A DNA stretch of 63,604 nt, the filler included, from Octopus bimaculoides (lineage: Eukaryota), in assembly GCF_001194135.2 (NCBI RefSeq). It is 6 parts of 6 records of this genome, joined end to end, with 100 filler letters (N's around TTAATTAATTAA, not from the genome) between each part and the next. Parts side by side here need not be neighbours in the genome. Positions count along the whole stretch, not along the records: positions 42,376 to 58,355 come from NC_068991.1; positions 58,456 to 60,284 come from NW_026388124.1; positions 60,385 to 61,441 come from NW_026428843.1; positions 61,542 to 63,604 come from NC_069006.1; 2 more parts are not named here. One strand, 5' to 3'. Both the position numbers and the translations under genes were made by a program. Below are positions 50,876 through 63,604 of this stretch, piece after piece (position 1 is the stretch's first letter; each line of letters opens with the position of its first letter). The notes under the pieces were generated by a model, which saw only the letters and a program-made list of their open reading frames with translations, was not told the DNA's origin and ran no database searches.

Positions 50876-51219
50876 CATTATTGATGATGATGATGCTGAT
50901 AAAGAGTATGGAGACTTGTACATCCACAAAATTTATTTCATACCGATATGCAGCATATTATAATGACCTACACGTGTTTCTTTTGCAGCGACCAGTCACT
51001 GTTGCAAATGTGCCAAAGCCTTGTGAGTGGATTAGGCAGGTGGAAACCGAAAGAAGACCATCGTATATATGTGTGCATGTCTGTATATGTGTGTGTGTGT
51101 GTATGCATGTGTGCATGCATTTATGTATGTGTGTATGCATGAAAACCCGTCGTGTTCGTGTGTGTGTTTGTGTGCATGTGCATGCATGTATGTATGTATG
51201 TGTGTATGCATGAAAACCC

Positions 51220-51263
<44 letters not shown>

Positions 51264-53452
51264 NNNNNNNNNNNNNNNNNNNNNNNNNNNNNNNNNNNNN
51301 NNNNNNNNNNNNNNNNNNNNNNNNNNNNNNNNNNNNNNNNNNNNNNNNNNNNNNNNNNNNNNNNNNNNNNNNNNNNNNNNNNNNNNNNNNNNNNNNNNNN
51401 NNNNNNNNNNNNNNNNNNNNNNNNNNNNNNNNNNNNNNNNNNNNNNNNNNNNNNNNNNNNNNNNNNNNNNNNNNNNNNNNNNNNNNNNNNNNNNNNNNNN
51501 NNNNNNNNNNNNNNNNNNNNNNNNNNNNNNNNNNNNNNNNNNNNNNNNNNNNNNNNNNNNNNNNNNNNNNNNNNNNNNNNNNNNNNNNNNNNNNNNNNNN
51601 NNNNNNNNNNNNNNNNNNNNNNNNNNNNNNNNNNNNNNNNNNNNNNNNNNNNNNNNNNNNNNNNNNNNNNNNNNNNNNNNNNNNNNNNNNNNNNNNNNNN
51701 NNNNNNNNNNNNNNNNNNNNNNNNNNNNNNNNNNNNNNNNNNNNNNNNNNNNNNNNNNNNNNNNNNNNNNNNNNNNNNNNNNNNNNNNNNNNNNNNNNNN
51801 NNNNNNNNNNNNNNNNNNNNNNNNNNNNNNNNNNNNNNNNNNNNNNNNNNNNNNNNNNNNNNNNNNNNNNNNNNNNNNNNNNNNNNNNNNNNNNNNNNNN
51901 NNNNNNNNNNNNNNNNNNNNNNNNNNNNNNNNNNNNNNNNNNNNNNNNNNNNNNNNNNNNNNNNNNNNNNNNNNNNNNNNNNNNNNNNNNNNNNNNNNNN
52001 NNNNNNNNNNNNNNNNNNNNNNNNNNNNNNNNNNNNNNNNNNNNNNNNNNNNNNTCCAAAGAATAAGTCCTGGGGTCGATTTGCTTGACTAAAAGGTGGT
52101 GCTCCAGCATGGCCGCAGTCAAATGACTGAAACAAGAAAAAGAGTAAAAGAGAGTAAAGAGTATATATGTATGTATTATGTATGTATGTATGTATGTATG
52201 TATGTATGTATACACAGGCACATACACACGCACACATGCACATACACACACATATATATAGTCTTTTTGTATATTGCGTGTATATGGGTGTATTGTGCAT
52301 GTGTGTATGTATTACGAGTACGTTTGCATTATTATCATTTGTAAGGACGTTGAATTGTTAGAGCGTCGAGAAAAAATACCCTGCGTAATTTGTTCCGGCT
52401 CTTTACGTTCTGTGTTCAAATCCCATCGAGGTCGATAAAATAAAATGGCAACTAGGGGCGGAGGCTTGGCAGGATTGTATGAACATCAGACCAAATGTCT
52501 TGTTTGTTATTGTTCCGATTGTTTGCATTCTGGGTTCAAATCTCATTATGTCCAACTTGCTTGGTTATACCTTATCCGTCGCCCGGTTTTCACACGATCC
52601 TCAAGTACATTGGGTGTTCTTAGCGAAGCTTCCTCTGTTGCAAGCATTTGGGCTCGATCACCGACATGAGGACCACTTCCTCTCTCCTTTGTACAAGTCT
52701 CAGTGGTTCTGTAAAACGTCTTGGACACTACTTCCTCTCCTGACCAAACAGGAGATACAAAGACACTCTCAAGACGACCTTAGAAAAGTCTAACTTAAAA
52801 CGGTGTACTCAGGAACATTTTGCTTAAGGACGCTTAAGGACGCTTAGTGTGGCGTAAACTTCTTTCATTTCACTCTATTTTAGTTCTCTTTTGCAATTTA
52901 AACCAGGTGTTTTGTATTAAATTTCTCGCATTATAGGTGAATAAATACAATACCTATTCATACAAACGCTTGTGCATGCGTGTGTGAGTTTGTGTGGGTG
53001 TGGGTGGGTGTGGATACGAGTGTGGGTGTGTGGGTGTGTGTTTCGTCGATATATAACGGCAAAGGATGTTAACATTGGCATTAATTCCATAAAGATTGCT
53101 GCCTCTGTCTGCTCGATATTTGTTCCGCACTGCGTTACAGATATTCCCTTGTCTCAGTCACCAATTGACACTCAGTGAGCCTGTGATTTGGCCCGCTGGA
53201 AGTCTATAACCAACGACGCTATAGTTCACAAATTGTGATATGAAACAATCAAAATTAATAATTCTAACGCATGCACCGGGTTGTGGCGGCGATGGTGGTG
53301 GCGATGGTGGTGGTGGCGGTGGTGTTTGCAGTTCTGGTGCTTACAGTGAAGTTGAGAAAACGGAGGAGAATGGGTGATCTGTCTGTGACCCGAGTCCATG
53401 ACCCAGTTCTAGTTGACGGTTGAAACAGTGGCGTTCTTATATTTCACCTTAC

Positions 53453-53464
53453 GTCACATATGTC
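53453..53464 (-). CDS. candidate 12-nt microexon DICD (or start of a terminal exon DICDVR*)
   Basis: Long pyrimidine tract plus aag acceptor, GACATATGTGAC, then GTAAGG; paralogous to 53874-53885. Confidence 0.35.
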
Positions 53465-53873
53465 CTTCAGAATAAAGAGACAAAAAAGAAGAACAAAGAA
53501 TCAACGCGCCTCTCATTTATTCCATTGTATATGTTATATGAATGACCTTCCTTCTATATTCTACAGCTGTGCGCTTTCTAACAGAAGCGAGTTCCAGCTT
53601 TGCTTTGGATTCTTTACGACGTGTCGCACATGTTGATTTTTCACAGTTTAAGAAAGGGAACATCTGAGTTTTTGAATGATGTAAAGAGAAAGGGGGAGCG
53701 GGGAGGCAGATAGACAGACATCAATAGAGAGATAGAGTGAGTGAGTGAGAGAGAGAGAGAGAGAGGGGGTGAAGCAGATAGACAGGCATCAAGAGAGAGA
53801 GAGAGAGAGGGAGGACTTGCTAGCTTTCTGTGACCCCGGTCTGCAAGTCTACAATTCTTACATATCATTTTAC

Positions 53874-53885
53874 ATCACTGATGTC
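53874..53885 (-). CDS. candidate 12-nt microexon DISD (or start of a terminal exon DISDVK*)
   Basis: Long pyrimidine tract plus gag acceptor, GACATCAGTGAT, then GTAAAA; paralogous to 53453-53464. Confidence 0.35.
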
Positions 53886-54230
53886 CTCCAGAAAGAAGAA
53901 CAAAAAACAAAAAACAAAAAAAATAGCAACAAAACCAGAGCAGAACAAAAACTTGAACAGTTCTCATTTACCTTATTGTGTATGTCAGTGACCTTCAACA
54001 GCTGTGCTTTCCATGACCTTTTGTAGTGAATATCGCTTCCTAACTTAGATAACAGATCACGCATTTTGAAGTAGCGTACATTCGGTTAATTCGACTGCAC
54101 GTGTGACTAGTGTATGTTTTATAGTATTGAAAAAAGAAAAAAAATCATTCGAAGAGGAATTTAAACCTTTTTGGTAACAACAAGCCTGAGTCTACCCTTG
54201 GTTCCATGATACAAACTTTTTGTTTTAAAG

Positions 54231-54527
54231 CAGGGGTTTTCAAACTGTGGTCCGCGGACCACAGGGGGTCCGCAAGGACAAGACAAGGGGTCCGTGGACA
54301 GCAAATACTTTTATGGGCAATTTGATTTTATATATGTTTTTTAATCGAAATCTTTTAATTGACAATAAACCTATTTGTTAAATACTGTTAAATAAATAAA
54401 TGTAAAAATATATGTTATTTTAGGCAAATATTTATGTATAAATTTCATAAGCGTTTATAAAGGGGGTCCCTAGGGTAAAGCCTGAAATATAAAGGGGTCC
54501 GCAAGTCAAAAAGTTTGAAAACCCCTG
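54231..54527. mobile_element. hAT-superfamily MITE
   Basis: Perfect 16-bp TIR CAGGGGTTTTCAAACT/AGTTTGAAAACCCCTG and perfect 8-bp TSD TTTTAAAG. Confidence 0.93.
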
Positions 54528-55324
54528 TTTTAAAGTAATAAAAATTTAAAGCTTCCATCAAAAAATTCCATCAATATTTTGAGTTCATTTATATTCCAAA
54601 CACTAAGTCTTTTATAAGTTTATCCAAAACTGCCATGTTTATTTTTCAGACTTTTAATTAGTCCTTGCTTTATGCATTCTAAGTGATATAAAGCTTTCCT
54701 TTCATAAGTCCCTTGTTACTGAGGTGCTACGAGAAAATTTAGCAATACGTATAATATATATGATACATTGATACCATGGAAATATGCCTTGCATATTATA
54801 CATGATACAGTGGTACACAGGACAAACAAAGGATTTAAGATAATAAGGTGTGATTTGAAGGAATGAGGTTTCTATTTCTAGCCTTTGTTTTATATGTAGT
54901 CATTAATATAAAACTTTCCTTTCTATGCGTCCCAAGTTACTCAGATGATTGTAAAATAAGTGGGGAATATGTATCAAATATGATGTATGGATACCAAGGA
55001 AATATGCCTTGCGTATCACATGTGATACACGGGACAAGCAAATACTCTTTTACTCTTTTAATCTTTTACTTGTTTCAGTCATTTGACTGCGGNNNNNNNN
55101 NNNNNNNNNNNNNNNNNNNNNNNNNNNNNNNNNNNNNNNNNNNNNNNNNNNNNNNNNNNNNNNNNNNNNNNNNNNNNNNNNNNNNNNNNNNNTACATATA
55201 TGGAGGGGGCGTGTGTATGAATACATATTTGTGTATTTGTGCATACATATATGTACGTGTGCATACGAACGTATATAGGTAGGCAGGTATGAATATACGT
55301 ATCCTATGTATGTATGTATGTATG

Positions 55325-55364
<40 letters not shown>

Positions 55365-58300
55365 AATTTATTAATAAGGGTAGAAATTGATATTAATCAA
55401 TTAAAACCAGTGGTCTAGCATATNNNNNNNNNNNNNNNNNNNNNNNNNNNNNNNNNNNNNNNNNNNNNNNNNNNNNNNNNNNNNNNNNNNNNNNNNNNNN
55501 NNNNNNNNNNNNNNNNNNNNNNNNNNNNNNNNNNNNNNNNNNNNNNNNNNNNNNNNNNNNNNNNNNNNNNNNNNNNNNNNNNNNNNNNNNNNNNNNNNNN
55601 NNNNNNNNNNNNNNNNNNNNNNNNNNNNNNNNNNNNNNNNNNNNNNNNNNNNNNNNNNNNNNNNNNNNNNNNNNNNNNNNNNNNNNNNNNNNNNNNNNNN
55701 NNNNNNNNNNNNNNNNNNNNNNNNNNNNNNNNNNNNNNNNNNNNNNNNNNNNNNNNNNNNNNNNNNNNNNNNNNNNNNNNNNNNNNNNNNNNNNNNNNNN
55801 NNNNNNNNNNNNNNNATATATATATATATATATATATATAACATTTTTCGTTTATGTTTATGTTTATGTCTTCGTTTCTCATTGTTTAACGTTTTTTGTA
55901 ATGTCCTGTACCCATATATGCTTGTATGTATACATATAGATGTCGATATGTACATATATGTATGGATATATGCATACAATTATATATTATTTATGTTATT
56001 ATATGTATATATATACATATATTTATATAACGGCGGTGCTCCAGCATGGCCATAGCTCTGTGCTGAAACTAAAGAAAATAAGTGTGTCTGTGTAAGTAGG
56101 TATTCGCGTGTGTTTGTGTGTATATGTACGCTGTGTATATAAGTGTTGATATTGCATACTACTTGTACACCCAGCAACCAGTTTAAGTACGTACAATTCT
56201 TATGTAGGAGAAATACGTTGGAAGAAGGTTAACAAGTGGGGGGGTATTCCTTTCGTTCGCATATTTGCTTGCTTTGTCTAAGTTTTTTCTTAGTTTTCAG
56301 CTCAAACTCGACTCTATTTACTAACCAAATGTATTTTCCAGCCGTAGAGTGAACTACACTGCGGTTTTTCAACCTGCTAGAAATAGCAGTGAAATCTTCT
56401 TCAAATAGGGAAGATGGTACTGGACAATATATGGTCAGTCGTGGGTTTATATTTTTATATTGTAACTTGCTTTAGTCATTGGACTGCGGCCATTCTGGGG
56501 GTTGAGGGCCTGTCTCGAAGTCTTTTTAGTCGCACAAACTGACCCCATTACATTACTTTTTTTTTATAACTCTGGTACTAACTCTTTCGATCTCTTTTGC
56601 AGATATGCTATATTAAGGGGGTTTAAACAAAGCAACGCCGATTGTCAAGCGGGAGGGAAGGAGAAACACAAAGTTATGTATATAGATGCACACATACACA
56701 CATGCACACATGTTTCAAATCAGTCTAAAAATGTTTTGGCCATGAAGTTTTGCAGAAGGATGTTCAAAGCGTTTTCATTGCCACACGAGAATTTTATGGA
56801 ATACGCTTGCGGCTTCTGCACCCCAGTTCCCGACCCAATGTCTTATGCTAGCACTGTCTTTGAAAACACAAAGATATCACGAGCAGATATCTCTAGCGGC
56901 AGTGAGAACTATAGGTGCACGCATCGTTGAGCTTTGCCGATAGCCTGTACTTCACTGTCCAACAGCATGCTGAGACGAAATCGGTTGCTACTGATATAAG
57001 AAAACAGTGGCTGAGCAACCACTGATAATGCAACTAGCTGCAAAGCTTTATAAAAATCCGCTCTATGCAACAGAATCAGTATTATATTAAAATGGCCATT
57101 TGTGTATCATATTAAATGTAAGCACATCGCGAAAAATTCAAATTTACAGTGATATCTCTCCGATACTGTGTTTAAGAGCACAATTTCGGTCCTGGTTACA
57201 CCTTTCATGTCTCAAATGCCGATAAAGCTTATAAGCACCTCTGTGCACCAGCCATTTATTCGGTTAATTCACTCGACTAAACAAATGAATCCCAAATGTG
57301 GTCCTTATGACTCCTAGAGGTCCATGTAAGATTTTGTTGTTATAATTTATGCGTAACAAAGTAGTAATACTTCTACAATACGCTAAATATTTTAACAACT
57401 TTTTAATATAATTCCCAATAATATTTAATTATGAAAATACAAAGGGATTTTTTAAACATCGCATGTTTATGAGAGTTCACCCGAGTGAAACAGGAACCAA
57501 AGGGGTCGATAGGAAAACAATGGTTGAAGACCACTGCGTTAAACCCTCAAAGTTATTACTGTGTAGTCTTGTATTTATATTGGTTTAAAACTTTGACACA
57601 AGGCCACCAATCTCGAGGAAGCGAGGGAGTCGATTACATCGATCTCAGTGCTCAACTGCTACTTATTTTATCGGCCCCGAAATGATGAAAGGCAAAATCA
57701 ACCTCGGTGACATTAGAACTCAGAATGTATAAGGCGAACGAAGTGCCGCTAACCATTTTGCCTGGTGTGCTAACAACTCCACTGGCAAAGTGTGTACGTG
57801 CACGTTCGGAGAAACAGAAAGTAAGGGAGAGAGAGAGTGTGTCACTGAGATTCTGTATTTGTTTTGCATATTGTCTTTGTTCAGTGAAATGTCGGAAGTA
57901 AATTCAACATGGGTTGATCACTTATAAACGGATGAACGTCACTGACGACTTCCGGTCAGCCTATTGTCTCTCTATTTATAACTCAAGTGCCGGCGAAGAG
58001 ATGATATAACGCCAACAGAAACCAAATTAAGCCCATAACACTTAGATTAAATTTAAGAAGAATACATATTAAAGTATTAGACACTTTTTTAAAAAATTTG
58101 TTTTGGTTTGAGGTTGGGCTCAGCGAGTCCGCAGAATGGTAACGACATGGTTTATGGAGCCACATTGCGAACGATTGCTTCTTTGCTCCATCGACACAGA
58201 AGAAGAAACTAGTGCAATGTGCAACGCAGTGGGATTGGTTCCGCACGAAACTCTCGGACCTTGAGACACTGCGTTACTGCAGCTAAATATTGATAAAAAT

Positions 58301-58469
58301 ATACATATACATATATTTTGAATTCTGTTTTTCCTGTTTGCATCAACATACCAATNNNNNNNNNNNNNNNNNNNNNNNNNNNNNNNNNNNNNNNNNNNNT
58401 TAATTAATTAANNNNNNNNNNNNNNNNNNNNNNNNNNNNNNNNNNNNNNNNNNNNTGCACTTGAAATTA

Positions 58470-58597
58470 TCAGCACTCAACCACTATCATGGCCGCAAAA
58501 GATCGGTGCATGTGTGGCCTACAAAAATCACCATTATTGGAACTGCGAGAATTCATCGCAGGGTTCTTGAAGCATGACCAGTAAACAAGTGTCACCT
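58470..58597 (+). mobile_element. R4/Dong-like extreme 3' end
   Basis: LQKSPLL/GTARIHRRVLEA* with one frameshift; followed by a 10-N gap and then (TAA)n. Confidence 0.6.
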
Positions 58598-58607
58598 NNN
58601 NNNNNNN

Positions 58608-58644
<37 letters not shown>

Positions 58645-60818
58645 GAAATAATCTTAAACAAACCAATGAAGGAACCTGTGTATGGTAGTTTGACTTCTTT
58701 GTGACAAAAGCCATATCTATTTTGGATAAAATTCTACAGTCTCTTAGGAAGAGAAAGAACACTTGGAATGAAATGCTGATGCCATAACTTTAAAAACGGG
58801 GTAGTTATAAATGATGTACTTTGAATACAGGATTGGTCAGTAAGAATTGGCTTGAAGTTAAACAAAAATTAGAGCTTGGAATTAAACAAGAGTTGAGTTG
58901 TGAAGAACAGAATATTGGTTCTCTGCCTTTAGGTGAAAACGAGCTACAGTTATCCGATAGCTTGCTCAATGTATGATAATAAAGCAGTAGTTTGTTTCTC
59001 CCACTGCACAGTATTTTGGTCCGATCCCATTAACCATACCCTAGAATCAACCAATGCTTGTGAGTAAAATTTGAGAGATAGAAACTGTTTTGGTATCCAT
59101 CAGGGGATTCTGTGTAGTTGTTTTAATCCATCCTTCAACAGAGCCAACACGAAACGGTCACGGTCTCAAGCTCCCAATGAAGCTTTCATATCATTTCATT
59201 AGTCATTGTATGTGTCTGTGTGTTACCCTCTTAAAATGTCTGTGGAGAATAAAATTGAAGGCATTATTGCAATCTCTAGTATGACAAAACAATCGTCAAT
59301 GTAACATTTAAACAAGTTTAACTAATTCAATTCAAATGTTTATCATAATGAAATGACGATGTCTTGGAGATGATGAAATGTATACGTTAAAATCAGAATG
59401 AGAACTTTTTTAAATCTGAAACTTTTCTGAACCGCACAATCTGCTATGACATAATTTATGTATTAAATAACCTAACTCTCCAGTTAGATATGAATAAGGA
59501 TTTCTTTCATTGGTCCGACTGTTCAAAGACATATAACAATTGAATCAAATCGATTCTATGACAGAAACTTTATTTGTCAGCCTTTGAATGATGACAAAGT
59601 TGATCGATTATTATTGAAATTTTGAGCATAACATAATGTAAGACATTTACTCCAGCACATGGAGCCTCTGTAAAAGAAATGGGGATCATTTCATCCTGTG
59701 AGCAAATTTCGTTTACATCAAAGTTTGGAGCTGATGAAGCAGCAACAGAACTCCGATTTTAGGAAATGAAGATGCATATAAAAACCTGATTTTCCTGTCT
59801 ACTCTTTTGGTCATATCTGTCAAACTTTCTTCCTGAGTTCACCCACCTTCATCACGTGCTTAAGCCTTAATCATATTAAATTCATTGGAGAAGTAGATTC
59901 AATAAATTTAAGTCTATCGCTCTTTACAGGTGCACTCATCAATTTGTAGCAAGAAATTCTCTGCAGAACCAGAAGTCTCCAGGTTTGATCCTACTGCACG
60001 ATACCTTGGACAACAAGAAGGTAGACTGATCTAGAATTTGAAGAAACCCGTCATGCTTTCACACATACAAACACATGTAGTTCTGTACAAACTGACGGCC
60101 GTTCTATAAAGAAGTTTGTTAAAATAAATACCAAACTAAAGTATTTATTCTGCTCCATATGACTGACTAAAAAATCTTACAGATGATTTCCTAGTACAGT
60201 CACCCTTTGATGACTAAAACTTGCTAAACATAAGGTTTCTGTTTAGGATAAATGGTTGTAGAACAGTAAGGAGTAAAATGAAAANNNNNNNNNNNNNNNN
60301 NNNNNNNNNNNNNNNNNNNNNNNNNNNNTTAATTAATTAANNNNNNNNNNNNNNNNNNNNNNNNNNNNNNNNNNNNNNNNNNNNATATATAAAATTACGC
60401 TTGTGTGTGTTCTGTGCGTACGTGTGGCGCATGCGTGGAATACATCAAATCAGTATATAATCGGCTTAATGAATTATGAGCGCTCATAATAGCATTACGC
60501 TGTCCAAAGCCAAATATCTTCAATGGATCTTCTTATTGGCTTAACTAACTACTTCCTTTCCTTCCTTCCTTCTTACCATTCGCTACCTCCCAACCTACCC
60601 TCCTACCTGTCTCTCTGTCCCCATGCCATGCAATGTTCCTTCTATGTGGTTGAGTGACCTGCTAGAAATATTAGCCAAATCTTTTTCCTATCACGTCCTA
60701 CTGTCTTTTAAATCACGCTAATGTAATCTACTTGAACCTTTCCCTCAAAATTGCCGGCTTTGTGACAAAATTCGAAAAATTATTATCATTATCATTATTA
60801 CAATTATTATTATTAATA

Positions 60819-60865
<47 letters not shown>

Positions 60866-60867
60866 GA

Positions 60868-61170
60868 TTTGACTCAGGTTCGGTCTTATTCCTAGTAGAA
60901 TTTATGTGGGTGGCAGGTTACTACCTAGGTAATCTTAGGTATCCTCAAGTTTTCAATAGTCTTTCAAGTGCCTAAGACGCCCCTAATAATCTTTCCTGTC
61001 TCTAAGAGCCAAGCTTTGTGTGGAAACTCTACAGGACATTTTATTCCAATCTCCTTCAACCATTTGTTTATATCTTTACTTACAGTTCCCAATGCACCAA
61101 TTATTATAGGCACCGCTTTTTGCAGTTTCCATATTCCAAATTCTTACCATTTGAGATCTTCAAGCACTAT
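60868..61170 (-). mobile_element. R4/Dong-like 3' fragment
   Basis: WKLQKAVPIIIGALGTVSKDINKWLKEIGI...LLETGKIIRGVLGT*; the 3' end runs into the (TAA)n tract at 60781-60867. Confidence 0.75.
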
Positions 61171-62502
61171 ATTTATCATTGATGTTGTTGTTGTTGTTGT
61201 TGTTGTTGTTTTCGAGGCGGAATGTTGGCAGAATCGTTATCACGCCGGTCAAAAAGCTTAACGGCATTTTATCCGTCTTTCACGTTCTGTGTTCAAAAGC
61301 CGCCGAAGTCAACTTTGCCTTTCATCATTTTCAAGTCAATAAAATAAGTGCCCTCCCAACTAAAATTCCAAACCATGTGCCTATAGAAGAAACGATTATT
61401 ATTATTATTATTATTATTTTATGTTTGACTTTTGTTTTGCANNNNNNNNNNNNNNNNNNNNNNNNNNNNNNNNNNNNNNNNNNNNTTAATTAATTAANNN
61501 NNNNNNNNNNNNNNNNNNNNNNNNNNNNNNNNNNNNNNNNNACCCCCCCCCCCAAAAAAAAAACCCTTTTTTTCCCCACTAGTTGATAGCCTTGTGCCTA
61601 TGTTAGAAATTATTTTTATTATAACAACCTCAGAAAAAGAAGCTTCGTGGTATCTGTTCTAACACCTTACATTCTGACTTCTAATCCTACCCGAGGTCGA
61701 CTTTGCCTTTCATCCCTTTGGGGGTCCTAAAATAAAAAGGACCTGTCAGGGGTTCAATCTCATTGGCTAACGCTTTTTCTACCAAATTTTGGGGCATTGT
61801 GCCTATCTTAGAGATAATTATTTTTATTTACTTATTTATTAAGGTGGTGAACTGGCAGAACCATTAACAAGCTGAACAAAATGCTGCCAAGCATTTTGGT
61901 CCATCTTTACATTCTGAGTTCAAATTCCACCGAGGCATACTTAGCCTTTTGTCCCTTTTGGAGTCAGTAAAATAAGTACCAGTTGAGCACTGGGGTCAAT
62001 GTAATCGACTTAATCCCTTCCCCACAAAATGCTGGCCTTGAGGCAAAATTTGAAATTATCATTATTATTATTAGCTTTCTCAAAAAATTAGGTCAGAATT
62101 AATTCTTGCTGCTTTGCATTTGTTTTCTTTTTCTCTATTGTCATTTAATTATTACTGCTGCTGCTGCTACTACTACTACTTCTGCTAATATTACTATTGT
62201 TGTCATTGTTGTTGGCATTGTTGCTGCTGTTGCCGTCTTTTGTATGTATGTATGTACGTGTGTGTGTGTGTACAGATATATATATGTATGTATATATGTG
62301 TATGCATGTATGTCTGTATATTTGAATGTATGTGCACAAATATATGTATGCGCATACATATAGTAGTTTGCGTGGATGTATGTATATTAATGTTTGTATG
62401 TGTGTATACATATATAAATTTTTCTACCATCTGTTAAAAAAATGGGGCGGGTGGGTGGTTGAATTTTGCCTTTTTCCCTTTAAAATGTTATGCTGAAAAA
62501 CG

Positions 62503-62554
<52 letters not shown>

Positions 62555-63604
62555 TACAGGATGTAAAATAATATGCTTTTTAAATATATATATATATATA
62601 TATATATGTACATATATATACATATATATATATATATATATGAATTCAAAATATAATTATATATAAAAATGCATACAGATGATATACACTTAAGTGTATG
62701 CAATTTGTATGTGAAGCAATGCATGATCAATGCATGTTCGTGAGCCTGCATATAGATGTACAAAAACTCTAAATGTATGTGTGCGCATGTATGGATGTAT
62801 GCATGTGTGTATGCATGCATGAGTGGTGAAGTTTGAAAGCAAATACTTTGTAATACAAAACGAAAAGAAATACTGAAAAAAAAAAAAAACGGCTTTCATT
62901 TGTATGAATGCGTGTGTGGTTAAGTGCGCATGTGTGTGTGCGCATGTGCGCGCGCACCTGGGAGTTTGTTAATTGTTATGCTGTGTTCGACATTTTTGAA
63001 ACAAAATTTTTTTTTTGCCTTTCGTTCTCTCGTGTCAGAGAAGAAATTGTGACGTCAATAAATGAAATTTAAAAGAAAAAAAAATTTAAAAAAAAAAAAC
63101 GAAAACAAATTGTGTACCAATTATATACTTTTGTGCGAGGGTTGGAGTCTGACGATTTGACAACATCAACAACAACAATAACAACAACAACTTCGACAGA
63201 CTGTAGTTGCACTCACAACTCCCACCCTCACCCAATCACCTACACGCACCTGACTAAAAATAAACGAAATGAAACAAATTACAACAACAATAATAAATTG
63301 TATAAATGTGAGTTTTGCGTGTACGTGTGTGTTAGAAGTTTTTCATAAGGTAGTGGTAGTAGAGGTAATGTTGACATTCCCTTTTTTTTTCCTTCAGGGG
63401 TGAAGTGAGGGGTGGGGAAACCGCTTGAACTAAGTGGGAGTGAGGAAGGCTTAAAAAAGTAAAAAAACAAACAACAAAACCTATCCCCAAAATCCCCGTA
63501 AAAGGTACCACTTTACTCCCCCAGCAGCATACAAATTACTAAAAATTGCCCCTTATTTTTAATTATATTATTTTACAATAACAGTTTCACATCTTCATAA
63601 CAGA

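Noticed and set aside
61542-61830. Unusual homopolymer-rich sequence here and at ~63330-63604
   Set aside because: Looks like low-quality read ends: a SINE copy with expanded homopolymers at contig termini.
63050-63057. Perfect CRE palindrome TGACGTCA near CpG-rich (GC)n
   Set aside because: A single 8-mer with no associated gene start in a 2-kb orphan segment; expected by chance.

Overview
AT-rich, microsatellite- and SINE-dense animal genomic DNA. The repeat repertoire suggests an octopus-like cephalopod, which is my inference. Five identical 100-bp linkers (44 N + TTAATTAATTAA + 44 N) split the window into six separately assembled segments: A 1-26226, B 26327-42275, C 42376-58355, D 58456-60284, E 60385-61441 and F 61542-63604. 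Continuity across the linkers is unproven. Segment A holds eight minus-strand coding exons (about 484 aa, from around TM4 to the stop) of an SLC4 Na+-coupled bicarbonate transporter ending in a PDZ-type motif (TKL); its 5' half is absent. Segment B holds six minus-strand exons (210 aa) of a PLP-dependent class I/II aminotransferase that does not match the usual animal paralog signatures. Segment C has no identifiable gene. It does contain several candidate minus-strand exons, including a pair of paralogous microexon-like or terminal-exon-like cassettes at 53.4-53.9 kb, plus a signal-peptide-like small ORF. The rest is fragments of RTE, CR1, Tx1/L1, R4/Dong and Penelope retroelements, mariner, hAT and piggyBac-like DNA elements or MITEs, tRNA-derived SINEs, minisatellites and gaps. 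Most ORFs in the supplied track are microsatellite or N-gap artefacts. All work was by eye: exon boundaries were checked for GT/AG and phase, while repeat boundaries are approximate.
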